The translations under genes and the position numbers were made by a program. Below, piece after piece: positions 21,999 to 33,732 of a stretch of DNA of 64,000 bases; the first letter of the stretch is position 1; the number at the start of each line of letters is the position of its first letter. The notes under the pieces are model-generated. The model saw nothing but the letters and a program-made list of their open reading frames with translations. It did no database searches and was not told the origin of the DNA. Location: positions 1,152,001-1,216,000 of the forward strand of contig CP000071.1 in NCBI GenBank assembly GCA_000002445.1, read 5' to 3'. Source of the DNA: Trypanosoma brucei. Lineage: Eukaryota.

Positions 21999-22502
21999 TC
22001 AGTGGAAACGGTGTACAATTACCGCCTGGTAGATGCCACGGGCCATGGACTGAGGGATCTGCATTATTGGGGAAAAAAAGAATGGGACAGCTACGACAAC
22101 ATTGGGGGGAAACAAACTGATATTCGTGGAGCGGGCAAATGCAGCCCCATCGCCACGCAGTAACCTAACCGAATCCCTGACAATAGAAAAGGGTGCGGGA
22201 ATGTCACTGGATGTTTTCCAAGCGTATACAACGTCATCGAGAAAACTCCGGATATCGTCGATGGCGTGCTCGCACGTGTCCGGGACTGAGAAGTCAAAAA
22301 CGGTGTCCCAGAAAAACGCGACCGGCCCCGACGCTATGAGAAGCCGGAGCTGGAGCAAAGCAGAGTTCCCCATGAAAGGAACGCTGCTGACTATTGGCTT
22401 CCTCTGAAAATACGGGGTACTGGACCCTGGCACCACGTTGAGGTGGCCGGCGTCGCCCCTGAGCAGACTCTTGACAATCACAAACTCGCTGTTGCCGCTC
22501 AT
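21999..22502 (-). CDS. Possible small hypothetical protein (167 aa) within an otherwise ORF-poor region
   Basis: Minus-strand ORF with balanced, protein-like composition. A pyrimidine-rich stretch plus AG lies on the coding strand just upstream (22503-22600). No recognisable domain. Confidence 0.25.
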   Translation of the reverse strand: MSGNSEFVIVKSLLRGDAGHLNVVPGSSTPYFQRKPIVSSVPFMGNSALLQLRLLIASGPVAFFWDTVFDFSVPDTCEHAIDDIRSFLDDVVYAWKTSSDIPAPFSIVRDSVRLLRGDGAAFARSTNISLFPPNVVVAVPFFFSPIMQIPQSMARGIYQAVIVHRFH

Positions 22503-25500
22503 GGTATTGGAAGCAGACCCATCTCACCGTGGCAGACCAACGCCCAAATAAGCTACGGGTGCTTCTCCTACAAATACGGGAGGGAAAGCGTATACCACAT
22601 TGAAGTTTGTATTTAGTTACTGATGTGGAATGGAATGGGATGTTTGATGGTATGGTGGAAAGGGTGACTGACATGCCGCAGTTGCCTGACCCGAAGCTCC
22701 AGGACATTGTAACCTACATGGGACCGATATTGCTGTCAGGGGAAAAGCGGGTGAAGAGGAGGTGGCAGTGGCTCGGTCCCGCCCCGTTGCCCCTCGGCAT
22801 TGTGGATGGATGCTGCGAAATATTAACCCGCGAGCACCACTGCAGTGCCTGAAATGAAAAGTACAAAGCTCGGCTTACAAAGCGTCGAACTCCGACAATC
22901 CGTGCGACCACTGCGACAGCGAAAAACAGTATGACACACACTGGTGATGAAATGAGACGGCGTGAGCACAAAGCCCATGGCTAGTGCCGGTCGAATGCTG
23001 TAACGCATATGGTAAACAAACACGAATATGCCCGCGCGGATGCGCCGTGAATATCGAGATGCGGCGACACACCGTGCCTTTCATGTATTTTCCGGGATCC
23101 TCTTCCAACTGAGAATTCACAGCTAGGAGTGCGGTGTGCGCCGGAATGTGTTTAAGCAAGGAGACTGCTCGGGGAGACGCCGCAGAGCGCATCACAGTGT
23201 GTGTGTGTGTGTTTGGGGGAGAAGGAAGAGCTTGAGCTCAAGCGGAAGGGGCAGACGCACAAATGAACCACAGACACCAAGCAGATGCACATTAACACCA
23301 ATGCTTCCAACATGTGTGTCACAGCGCCGCAATCAAACCTGACCTTGTACTTTATAGAAAGACACGCATGGCTTCCATGCGACACCTGAAATCACAGTCC
23401 AAAGCAACGATTTCGATTGAAAGTTACCATTATTATTGAGCTACCAATGGGTGAAAGATTTTCATGGACAGTGTATTGTGGAAGAGTGATCATACGGGTA
23501 TAAAGGACTTTGGAGATAATTTGCATAGTTTCTCCTCGCGGTGGAACGGTACCACCAGGTGCCGCACCCATTTTCCACTTGTATCTTCTCTTCTTGACAC
23601 CATAGAAGGATCTGACAACACAAACAGCGCACGCAGCGATCATAAGCAAAGAGCTACCCCCACATACGGGAAGGAGAAGGAGAAGGAGGGATAAAGGGAA
23701 TCGATAACATCAAAAAGAAAAATTTATGGCAGAAAGTTCAGCGACTTGGCATCTCTAGAATGAGCACACTGTGGGAAAGTGTGCTATTCCGTCTCCTGTA
23801 TACTGTGCTGTGACGACTCTGAAGGAGTAAAAGAAAACATCGGAACGGAGGGAGGCATACATTATACATAACGAAGAGACTCAACCACATTCATCAACAA
23901 CAAAAGGCATTCCAAGATATTCCACAGTAGTGGCCAGCCATCTTAGCCGTGGGAAACCTCCACAAAGGGGTGAAAAAGTTGCCAAAACGGGAGCGGCACT
24001 TAGCAGGACGCGAAAGGTGACTAAATTTGTGAGGTCAGAGGCGGTCCGACTCGCTGGCATTTAGCTGACTGTACTGTTGGAAAGAGGAGGCGCATAAGTC
24101 CCCCGAAAGGGACAAAGCGCATATTTAGGTCGGCTGTGCTCGTGAGCTTTGTACCCTTTCCCCGCTTACCAATGGCAACGGCAACGCGAGTGAACGGTGG
24201 CACCCTGTTCCGTGTGTTTGGGAAAGCGTCAAGGCTCATCGGCAGAGGCGCATTCATATCGACGCGGCTTGTCCCCTATTGTCGTGGAACTAACCGTAAT
24301 GGAATGGACAAAAGGAAGACATTTTCACCGCAGATGTTCTCTGCATGAGCCTCCAAAATCGTCGGTGGGGGGATGCTTCTGCGGAAAACGTACAGGAAAT
24401 CCCACTGCTTTGTTATGGGGTGCGGGACCACAAAGCATAGGAATCATGCCATCAGGAAATCCTTTTGCTGCGTAAAGGGGAAGCCGCGACACGGGTGGAA
24501 GACACCTCCTTTAGCCACTTCCTCACGGCCTTGTCGAAACACTTTGGGTGGCATTGACGAATGTCTGGGAGAAGCGGCCGCAGCATGGGATACAGACGGC
24601 TCGGAGTGAAGGAGACTGATGGAGAGCCGCGTCGCCATGCTCACTGAGAAAACGGGTTGCACCAGCACGGACCACTTCGACATTGGGAAAGGGTGTCCTT
24701 CAATGTGAACGGTGCGCCGCCGGATGCGGTGCTCTGAGCCGGAAGGGCGAACCGAACGGTGAGGAGGTGCGGCCGGGGGCGAACCGGAGAAATAATTAAA
24801 TTTCAAAACTGTCTCAGACTTATGCCGATGTATATGGGGATGAGCCCGGGAGAGAAAAGACGCAAGCAACGGCCTCCTCGACTCTGCAGTTGTCGTTAAG
24901 GAGGGAGGTGGAGGAAATAGCTGGAGTGACCCGAACCGGCGATCCAATGTGGGAACACCAGGAGGGACCGGATCGAAATGAGAAAATGGCTCAGCATATC
25001 TAGGTGAAGAAGATGTCATGGAATAGGCTACTTGTGGGGAAGCTCGTGCAAAATTTGAAATGTAGCAACAACCCCGCTGAGGTGCGCGCCCCGCGGGAAC
25101 GCGTGCGATATCGGATTATGGTTAAGGCACAACCACATCCAACAACCGGCGGAAAGGCAGAGTGATGAGGCGCGAAACGAAATGGAGGAGTTTATGATGA
25201 AAGGTCAGCGATTGAGCGGAAAGCCTAACCACCGCAGATCCAAACAAGACGTCGTACCGTGGGCTTCGACAATTCTCACAGGCGCCAGGGATATGGCAGA
25301 TCCTGTGGCGCCGCTAGGGAGATTTTTCACGATGACAGGAATGTTGTTGCCCATATTTGGCCGGTGGAACGAGCAACGGGTGTGCGGTCGGGGCTGAAAA
25401 GGAAGGATAGGATGAAGACGGTAAGGTACTATTATAATCGTGTGTTCAAAACAAGTTTGTGGAGTGGGAAAGGTATTTGGCGTTGTGTTTGTGTGTGCGG

Positions 25501-26281
25501 AGAGACGGAATACGCTCATTCCAGTAATCTACATGAGAAAGGTTTATCCCTAGGCTCACGCCGAACTGGAACGTGGGTGGCGCGCGCATGGAAATCGGAG
25601 CTGCGCCGACACCGCAACCAGTCACGTCCCTGTAGCCTTTGGACAGTCAAAATACGGTTCTCAGGGTTTCTGGATACCATGATGCCGTGAAACCGAGGCC
25701 CTGGCGACCCCTTTTGAGAGCTTATGAGAATGTTATTGAAACATCTGCGGCGTAAAATTTTTGTTGGGCAGGAAGCAGAGAAGCTTTGTTGGAGCAGCGT
25801 CGGTGGCACACTGAAAAAGGGCAAGCACCTGCTTGAAAGGGAGCCTGTTTGCCTCCGCCGGCTTGCAGCGTTCGGTCGAGGTTGTATCGCACCCTGGCCG
25901 TGCCTCATCGATGAATGTATGACGGCTTCTTCGCGCTGGTTGTCGTCAACCAGTATTGTTCAAAAAGACATGCATGAGATGCAGGCCACCTCCTTACACG
26001 ATTCAATAATACTTCCCTTTCTAGTTCTTTAAGTTGACAATTCAAAAAAAAAAAAGAAGGGTGTCGGATTAACCGTTGACACCTTGAAAGTGAGCGTTGT
26101 TGCATTTTAGGAATGCTTCCCACCTCTTACCTAATTTACCTTCGCTCTTGCTTGGGTGCCCACCGATGAAGTTGGCGGCGCGGCCACCCGAGTTTTGCTA
26201 ATGCCCAAGAAACACACGGGAAGAACTGATGCTTTAGTTCTCGAAATTGTTATTTCTATGCAGTGCCGTGGGAACCCCCGA

Positions 26282-28093
26282 CTACTTCTGCACAAATCGG
26301 AGTATCCTGCGTTCGAAGGCAGTTAAGTGAAAACTACCTCCGCAGTCCTCCTTCTTACCGTGAAGATCCCTGGACTCCGCCATCAGGAGCCCCAGCGCAC
26401 ACGCCCGCTTTTCCGCTATTTTGCCTCTGCCGTTTGCCCCATCGGCTGTCGAAATCAGGAAAAAGAGGCATCGAACCACGATCGAGGGCCCGCGGGTCGC
26501 ATCCCTCAGCAGTGGAGATGAATTTGCGATGTCCACGATCCTCGACTCCAACTTAGTTGTTGTGCTGAGTTTATGCGTGACCAGAAGTGTGGCTAACGAA
26601 GCAACCGCTAAACTGTGAGCAAAGAATTCGGGACTGTCGGGTGACACCCACTGGGCGTCCTCAAGGGCCAACTGAAGGGCACCCAGGGTACGATCCACAA
26701 CAGGGGAGATGCTCAATGGTGCCCTTTCGAATAGGGTGCAAGCTGCAATGAGAAGTCCCCACCCGTTTCCGCCAGTCAGCACATAGTTGTAACGGCCAAT
26801 GATATCGATGGACTGGGCCAATAGCGCGGACGCTCCTTCCGCCACCAAGCTGGCTTCGCCGATGCGAATGACATTCCCCATTGTCCCCAAATCAGCGGCC
26901 ACGACCACCTTCAGCATACGGTGAAGAGGCGCGGCGACCTTTCCAACCGCATCGGCGCCACAAGTGGTTGAAATAGATGCAAACAGCTCGCTTGCCTGTT
27001 GAAGGGTCATTGCCCGGACAGCCCTTTCCAGGGTGCCATGCGTGAGAATTTGCATCGTCAATACGCGACGAACTTTCTTCCACACATAGGTTGGTTCGTT
27101 CACCGTTCCGTGGCGTTTCCAAAAACTCATTTGTTTAGCCGAACTATGGGAAATGTGTGCGTTGAGATTTTCAAATTTTCTCAACTGTTCAACCACCGCG
27201 CACACACCCTGCAGCTGCCCCGGGTTCCACCTTGATGACTCATCGGACTCCAGAGCCTCAGCTAAAGCCTGCGTGGCACTATCGGCAAGTTTTAAGCACC
27301 TTTCCTTTAGTAATTGTGAATCTGTCTTCAGCAACCCTGAAGACGCTGCCCTCCCTTGGAGTTGCGCGCCAACCACTGTAGATAAAAACTGCAGCAGCAG
27401 GGCACACACTGAAGCCGTAGCGGCTAAAGCTAACCATCTTTGTTCAATGAGCGCCACGATGGTCGCCAGGCAGTCCCATGTCATTGGAGTCCACTCCGTT
27501 AGCTCCGCATCGCAACAGGCTTCCATAATACGCGAAAGGGCCTCTATTCTTCGGGGCTCTTGATTTGCAGCCCCGGTGGCACTTAAGGCATCGGCGAAGT
27601 ATTGCAGTGTTATGGCGGCAAGTTCCGGGGACAGTCGGTGACGTATGGCATTTGCTAGAACGAGACTGAGGTCGTCAAGGTCGAGTTGGTTGCTCGCTTG
27701 ATACCGCCGGATGTCAAGAAGGAGTCGCTGGCTCAAGAGTGACCGAAGCTCAGTTGCGGTAGCACCCGCCGTACGTGCTGCCGACGAAGTGGTGGCCGAT
27801 ACTGCTCTAGTTGCTACCACTTCGCATCTATCCGGGGGGCTGTGGGAGCCTAAGAAATGCGCTTCGAGAGAGCGGGACGGATTTGCCAGGGCACTCGAAT
27901 GAATGCGCCGAATAAGGACGTCAAAGGGCAAAGCCGATATGTGCCGCTGTAAAAGCTGCACTGGGGGTTCGACCTTCACCATGGACGAATAACACTGGGT
28001 GTTTCTCCGTGGGCAAGCATGTGCGAAATCGACTAGCGGGAAGTTGGCTGTCCACACTTTCCCTGTGACTGCACCACCTAAGGGTGTCCCCAA
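26282..28093 (-). CDS. Hypothetical protein (603 aa, Leu/Ala-rich helical)
   Basis: Long minus-strand ORF. No motif recognised. Confidence 0.5.
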   Translation of the reverse strand: MGTPLGGAVTGKVWTANFPLVDFAHACPRRNTQCYSSMVKVEPPVQLLQRHISALPFDVLIRRIHSSALANPSRSLEAHFLGSHSPPDRCEVVATRAVSATTSSAARTAGATATELRSLLSQRLLLDIRRYQASNQLDLDDLSLVLANAIRHRLSPELAAITLQYFADALSATGAANQEPRRIEALSRIMEACCDAELTEWTPMTWDCLATIVALIEQRWLALAATASVCALLLQFLSTVVGAQLQGRAASSGLLKTDSQLLKERCLKLADSATQALAEALESDESSRWNPGQLQGVCAVVEQLRKFENLNAHISHSSAKQMSFWKRHGTVNEPTYVWKKVRRVLTMQILTHGTLERAVRAMTLQQASELFASISTTCGADAVGKVAAPLHRMLKVVVAADLGTMGNVIRIGEASLVAEGASALLAQSIDIIGRYNYVLTGGNGWGLLIAACTLFERAPLSISPVVDRTLGALQLALEDAQWVSPDSPEFFAHSLAVASLATLLVTHKLSTTTKLESRIVDIANSSPLLRDATRGPSIVVRCLFFLISTADGANGRGKIAEKRACALGLLMAESRDLHGKKEDCGGSFHLTAFERRILRFVQK

Positions 28094-28245
28094 TATTTAC
28101 GGAAGGACCTCAAACTACAACAAGAAGGCGGGGAATAAAATTTTTAAGGATGGGGCCGTCTAGATGCCATCGGTCGCGAATGGTAGCATGCCAAGCATAA
28201 GCAAGAAGTTTAACACTGTAAAAGGTACAACCACTCGGTATCCGT

Positions 28246-30993
28246 TTATACCTTCGTAATACCCGACACAGTTTCTAACACATCGCGTTCCCCCCTTTCT
28301 CCCCCTTGGCCTTCCTCTTCCACCAGTTCTGCCTCACACTCTCCGCTACCTCCGCGCTTGCATTGGCCAGCGGGAAGAAGAAGCGGATTAGGAACATCCT
28401 CCTCTGTGGTGGCTGGTTGGGATACCGCAGCGAGGAGGCGGTTTATTACGTCCACTACCTCGTTTCTTTCTTGATCCGGTAATTCAGGTGCGTCAGTGCC
28501 GGGATTAATGACAGCGTGGGCCACCGTTGCCTCTGCCGCTGTGAGGGTTGGCTGCGTCATTGCTCCAGGTATCATCAAGCATTCCATTCTGGAGAGGAGA
28601 TCCTTTTCCGCCTTGAGTTGGCCTTGCAGACGGTGGCGTTCCTCCTGCAACATCCCCAACCGCTTCTTCCACAGTCCCTCAGCCTGTTGTTGCGCTTCTG
28701 CAACCCGGGTTGCTAAGCTCTCGCCAAGTTTTTGGCAAACTTCTGTAAAATTTTTTTGCATCTCCTTCAGTCTCCCTTCCTGTTGTTTCACAGCATCTGT
28801 TAGCCTCCGGAGATGCGTAACGCTGTTGAGTGCTTGCTCCCGCTGGTTTTGTTCCGTTGATTGTCTCACATATTCGCACATTCGGTCAATAGATTCCACC
28901 ACACGCTGTACGTCATCCCTGCGCATCTCCCAACCATCCGCCGCTTGCTGGGTCAGCTCACAAATCTCCGACCGGTGCTGAAGCAGCAACCGCCCCACCG
29001 AGGCTGCGAGATTAGTCTCGCCTTGCACAAATAGTAACATTACTTCGAGAGCTGAGGCCAAGTTCTCCGTAAAGGCCGCCAAATCATAGTAACTTTGGCG
29101 GAGTTGCTTTTGTTCCGATCGCAGTCTCTCAACCGACTGCAGCAGTACGGTGTTGGTGTGGTGCATCTCCGTCATGGCAGTCTCTCGCGCGCTTAGTGTG
29201 GCTTGCAGTTCGGCGCGCGCTGCCGAATAACGCGCTTCGGCTTCCTCACGGGCCGTATCGGACGCCTCCAGCTGCTGCTTGCACACCGCTACCTCTCGCT
29301 CTGCAGCATCAAGTCGGGTTTGCATCGCAACGAGAACCCCTTGCCGCTGCAACCCACTTTCCGTAGCGACGCCCTCCTCCAAACTACTAAGAACATCAAC
29401 GGCATGCGCCTCCGCCCACGAAACTGTATGCATAACAGAGCCATTTTCTACAGCTGGTCTCGCTTCCTGCGCCGCCGCGGCTGGACACTGGACGGCCTCG
29501 CGTGCCACGAGAGCCGCAAGGCGTTTTTCACGTAGACTAATGCACCTGTGCAGTTTTTCCTTTTGTTTCCCCAGCTGTGCCACCTCGCTTTGCAGCTCGC
29601 GCGCCTGTCTCATCGTCTGCTGTATCACTTGGGGATCGACAACCGCGCTCACACTAGAGGCCGCCGACCTCGCGGCGGCCTCACGCACAGCCGCGCAACA
29701 ACTACTCAGTTCCTCTTCCTGCATATGCTGAGAAATGACTGCTGCCAAACTTCCGCGAAGGTAGTCACGCTCTACTTCCAGACCTGAATATTGCACACGT
29801 AACTTTTGGTTTTCCTCTCTTACCCGACTCACCTCATCTGCCAGATCCACAATTCTGGTTGCCACTGCGGAGCGGTTTCGCTCCAGCTGGCCTAGTTTTT
29901 CTTTAAGCGGCTTCAGTTGCTGCACCTTAGAACGTAGTTTCTGAACCTCTTCTCGGAGTTGCTCAAGTTCCTCCCGCCCCTCGCACCAAAAAGTAACAAG
30001 ATCACGGCGAACGGAGTCCGGGTTGTCAAATATCTCACTTTCAAGACGTCGCCGCTTTGAGGCCAGGGTTTCGACGGCGACACCCTGGCATGCTTGAAGA
30101 TTCTGAATAATTCCTTGCTGTCGCTCAATTGTCTGCATGCACGCTGCTACCTCGTCACGTGCTTGGGCTTCACGGGTTTCCAATACGGAGATGCGGCTGA
30201 GGAGATGTTGTACGCTTGACTGGCTTAAAGCCACCTGCTCCCGTAGCTGCGCCTCGCAGAGGGTGTGCTGCACGCTCTGCCGCTCCTTAAGTTCTTGCAA
30301 TTGGAGCCGAAGCACATCCCGCTCAGATTCGACGAGCTTGAGTGCTCCCCGAACTTCCTCCACACTTTCCAACAAGCGTGGAAGGAGCATGGTAGCCCGG
30401 ATCCCGTCTTTTGCGAGTTTTTCTGACTCTGCCACTGCGGCTTCACCTCGCTCGTGAACATTTTGTAGTTGTTGGCGTAGAAGCTCCTCAGAGGTGCGGA
30501 GAGACCGGAGCTCGGCCATCAACGGGGGTGTTAGCTCCTCATCAGCTGTGTTAGTCGTGCCTTTTGCTGCTACTTCTCGTTCCAACTCCTCCACACGGCG
30601 TTTCAAACTGCCGCGTTCGCTCTCCAGTGCCTCCACCTTCTCGTTGAGAGCAGCCACAGTCTTCGTTTGCATGTCACTCATGTGACGTTGGAGTTCTTCA
30701 TTTTGCGTGCCCAAGATGCACAGAGTTTCCACCAAGGCAGAAAACCGCTGTACCCCACTTTCCTCCCCCGCTGCTCCCTCTCGCCGCTCACTTCTTTCAC
30801 TGCATGGTGTAGATGTTTTGTCGACTGTGTCCTCCACACTTTGCCGCGCGTCAGAAAAAAAACGCTGCAATTGCGTTAGCAGCACATCCTGCAAGATACG
30901 CTCGTGCTCAGGTTGCGCCGCTAGCGCCTTGAGGCGTGCGTTCTCGGAGAGAAGGTGCTTAAGCATACCCGGATGATCAACGCTCCCCATCAA
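28246..30993 (-). CDS. Long coiled-coil protein (915 aa), possibly cytoskeletal/flagellar-associated
   Basis: Very high E/L/Q/R/A content with heptad-like periodicity throughout (e.g. 'LESERGSLKRRVEELEREVAAKG', 'LRLQLQELKERQSVQH'). Frame-shadow ORFs on the opposite strand are typical of such biased sequence. Confidence 0.6.
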   Translation of the reverse strand: MMGSVDHPGMLKHLLSENARLKALAAQPEHERILQDVLLTQLQRFFSDARQSVEDTVDKTSTPCSERSERREGAAGEESGVQRFSALVETLCILGTQNEELQRHMSDMQTKTVAALNEKVEALESERGSLKRRVEELEREVAAKGTTNTADEELTPPLMAELRSLRTSEELLRQQLQNVHERGEAAVAESEKLAKDGIRATMLLPRLLESVEEVRGALKLVESERDVLRLQLQELKERQSVQHTLCEAQLREQVALSQSSVQHLLSRISVLETREAQARDEVAACMQTIERQQGIIQNLQACQGVAVETLASKRRRLESEIFDNPDSVRRDLVTFWCEGREELEQLREEVQKLRSKVQQLKPLKEKLGQLERNRSAVATRIVDLADEVSRVREENQKLRVQYSGLEVERDYLRGSLAAVISQHMQEEELSSCCAAVREAAARSAASSVSAVVDPQVIQQTMRQARELQSEVAQLGKQKEKLHRCISLREKRLAALVAREAVQCPAAAAQEARPAVENGSVMHTVSWAEAHAVDVLSSLEEGVATESGLQRQGVLVAMQTRLDAAEREVAVCKQQLEASDTAREEAEARYSAARAELQATLSARETAMTEMHHTNTVLLQSVERLRSEQKQLRQSYYDLAAFTENLASALEVMLLFVQGETNLAASVGRLLLQHRSEICELTQQAADGWEMRRDDVQRVVESIDRMCEYVRQSTEQNQREQALNSVTHLRRLTDAVKQQEGRLKEMQKNFTEVCQKLGESLATRVAEAQQQAEGLWKKRLGMLQEERHRLQGQLKAEKDLLSRMECLMIPGAMTQPTLTAAEATVAHAVINPGTDAPELPDQERNEVVDVINRLLAAVSQPATTEEDVPNPLLLPAGQCKRGGSGECEAELVEEEGQGGERGERDVLETVSGITKV

Positions 30994-32115
30994 ACACTAA
31001 TCCTCACTAACTATGAAACCTATTTCTAGACGAGTAGAAGTCTAATAATGTTCTTTTTCTTCGGCACGTGCGTGCCCACGGGTATGAAGTTCAGCGGCTT
31101 GGGCGGTCCGCAAAACAACGGATACCACACCTAAACATGTAGTGGTGTCACAAAACTATCAGAATGAAGGGCCCCGACAGATTCGGCGTCCCCGTTCACA
31201 GTTGATGGAGAGGACGCCTGTTAACCGTGCGTTGTCACCGGACACCATGTTATAAAGTCAGGTGTCGACATGCATCGACGGCATTGTAGTCAGCATCCCA
31301 AAGCTGTGGTGTCACTTGTCGAGTCACGCCAATACCAGGACATCTCTTCCCCCCTTCGAATAGGCACAAGAAAGTTGTGTGGCTGCCACCCGGGATCGTC
31401 CTCCAGTTGTTTGTCAATATTTCTTTAAATCCAATGTACTTACACCAGACCCCCCCCCGCACAAACACACCTCCGTATTAAACACGAAGTGCCCCAAAAC
31501 CTACACAATGCCCCTCAGGCACTCCATCCATCACCGCTCCTTCCCTCCTTTTGCGCAGGCATCAAACAGCATGGCAAAGCGCGGTTCTCGAATGTGTGTA
31601 TCCAGCAAAACGCCAGCCGAGCCGTCATTTGGGAGTGACTACCCCTGATGAAGCCCCCCCTCGCTTCGCAGGAGCGCAACGTACGATATACAAGCAAAGC
31701 GGAACCGTTTTAACAGCCGCATTAAAAACGATAATCAGCACATGTGAATGACATATCGCAATGCCCAACTTCTTTTTTGCCTTCCGCTGCGTGAACAAGA
31801 CGCAAAACTTTCCTGCAGCCGGAAGAAAAATCATTTTTCCACCCCCTCCTCGCCCACCAACGAAAAGCACTTCCTCATGCCATACCATTCACCATCGAAG
31901 AAGGTCGGTTAACGAGAACTTACCATACGTGAAAGGCAATACCTCGGTAACCAGCCCAACCTCCTGCCGTTGAAAGTAAACAAGCTAAACATTATTACCA
32001 CATATGCAAGGAGAGATCCGTCTCATTTTCCCTCCTGTCACACATGCCCAAGTCCCTCTTTTATTTGTTTTCTACTGCCATAGGGTCTGAAATTGCCGGT
32101 TTGGGTTCAACCTTC

Positions 32116-33399
32116 CTATTCACGCTCCCTTTTGTCTCGTGTCGTTGCCGTCGTCGCCAACCCCCCAGTTCGATGGATGGCAGGGGCATAACGCGGTGGT
32201 CGTTGGTACACCGGTGCTGGCAGCTCCCCGGAACGTAACTGGGCCTCCAACGGGGCGCCACTGTCTCCATGTTTGCGGTGGCCGTTATGGATAAGACGGG
32301 AATTACTCGCTATATTCCGCGAGTGATACGTGAAGGAAGCCGCTCGATGACCATCGCTGTCCGCGTAGCCACCAGCGCTCATTGTACCGCGTGCGAAACG
32401 AGCGATAAGGCACACTCTGCGCATGCTTAATCCAAGTTTCCGAGGTTCAGTCCACTCGACCGGAAAGGGATTCAAGCCGGCTTCGCCAATACGCTCCATC
32501 GAAGTGGGAAAGTCTTGGTCTACCAGCACATCGAACACAGAGTTTACTCCGCACAAGTGGGATATAATGCTGCAGTTCGGTTCAATTCGCAGTATTTGCC
32601 ACGGTACTTTTCGGATGGCATTTGCCGCGGCCTCTCCTGCGCTGCGACCGTGTTCTGTGTCTTGCACAATTAGTGTTCGCTTACCCGCGAAGGCCAACAC
32701 ATCCGCGAGCGGGGGTGCTGTGGGCGACATCTCAATTGGTACTATATTCAAGGCCCGCTGTTGGGCGGCAGCGGCCTCGTTCGGGGCTGAGGCGTCTGTG
32801 ATAGCCATCATACAAAGTTTGTTGGTACGCGGTGTGCCGTAGCCCATGAGAATACCGTGTGTGGTTGACACAAAATCCCCCCCATCAGCCGAGCCACCCT
32901 TAACGTCCTGGAGCACGTGGTTGAAGTCACCAGTGGACCCACATGCACGAAGGTACCGCAACGTCTCGCTTATCTCCGAGCTACGGTGCTCACGGCCATA
33001 CTTCGGCATAGGAAGGACAATATCATAATGCTGAAACAGGATATCGGCAGCGAAGAGGGAATCATAGTATGGGCATGCGCGCATCTCGTGAACTTGATCA
33101 ACAAGATGCGTCTGCTTTAGCGCCAAGAAGAGATCTTTCACCTGCCTAACGAACAACTCTGTGTCAACTTCCTCACCTATCGGACTGTGCGTTGGAATCA
33201 AGTTTTGCGGGGGCACACGGTAAAGGGCGTTTACATACCGGCGTGCTGGAGTGAGGACGGCCGTTAACGCCTGTTGCCGCAGGACCCACCGACTGGGTGA
33301 CGCGAGTCCGAGTGTTGTAGAAACTGCCACAACAAAAAAGCGCATCACTGAAGCAACGGCAAGAGGGAGGTGTTGATGGAAGACTTCTCGGAGAATCAA
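32116..33399 (-). CDS. Hypothetical protein (427 aa). It weakly resembles amidinotransferase/DDAH-fold enzymes, unverified.
   Basis: Minus-strand ORF of 427 aa. Segments such as 'DFVSTTHGILMGYGTPRTN' and 'NCSIISHLCGV' are reminiscent of guanidino-group-modifying enzyme folds. This was not verifiable without a profile search. Confidence 0.4.
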   Translation of the reverse strand: MILREVFHQHLPLAVASVMRFFVVAVSTTLGLASPSRWVLRQQALTAVLTPARRYVNALYRVPPQNLIPTHSPIGEEVDTELFVRQVKDLFLALKQTHLVDQVHEMRACPYYDSLFAADILFQHYDIVLPMPKYGREHRSSEISETLRYLRACGSTGDFNHVLQDVKGGSADGGDFVSTTHGILMGYGTPRTNKLCMMAITDASAPNEAAAAQQRALNIVPIEMSPTAPPLADVLAFAGKRTLIVQDTEHGRSAGEAAANAIRKVPWQILRIEPNCSIISHLCGVNSVFDVLVDQDFPTSMERIGEAGLNPFPVEWTEPRKLGLSMRRVCLIARFARGTMSAGGYADSDGHRAASFTYHSRNIASNSRLIHNGHRKHGDSGAPLEAQLRSGELPAPVYQRPPRYAPAIHRTGGLATTATTRDKRERE

Positions 33400-33732
33400 A
33401 ATTAAGTCAAGATAGAGGGTAATCCCTCCACATACACAGATGTAGCCTGGTTGTTTAACGCAGACGGCAACGCGCGTCGTATTGAGGTAGGGTGAAGAAA
33501 AGAACCTCCCCCCCCCCAGGATAAGAAAGAATCAGCCAATGGAAATGTATAAGAAAAGAAAAAGTAGGAGGGGTACTTCAGGAGTATGAAACAAGAGTGT
33601 TTGGCGAGCAATTTCTTCCAATGCTCCATTTTCCCCCGTCCTTGTCCATTCTCCCGTTGTCACACTTTCAGGATTTCACACCTCAACAGACGAGTGGGCC
33701 ACACCGATTAGGAAGTTCTGGCACACTTGCGA

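Noticed and set aside
24444-25019. 191-aa minus-strand ORF in the ORF-poor region
   Set aside because: The composition is strongly Pro/Ser/Arg/His-biased and low-complexity without a globular-looking core. This is more likely a chance ORF in GC-rich spacer.
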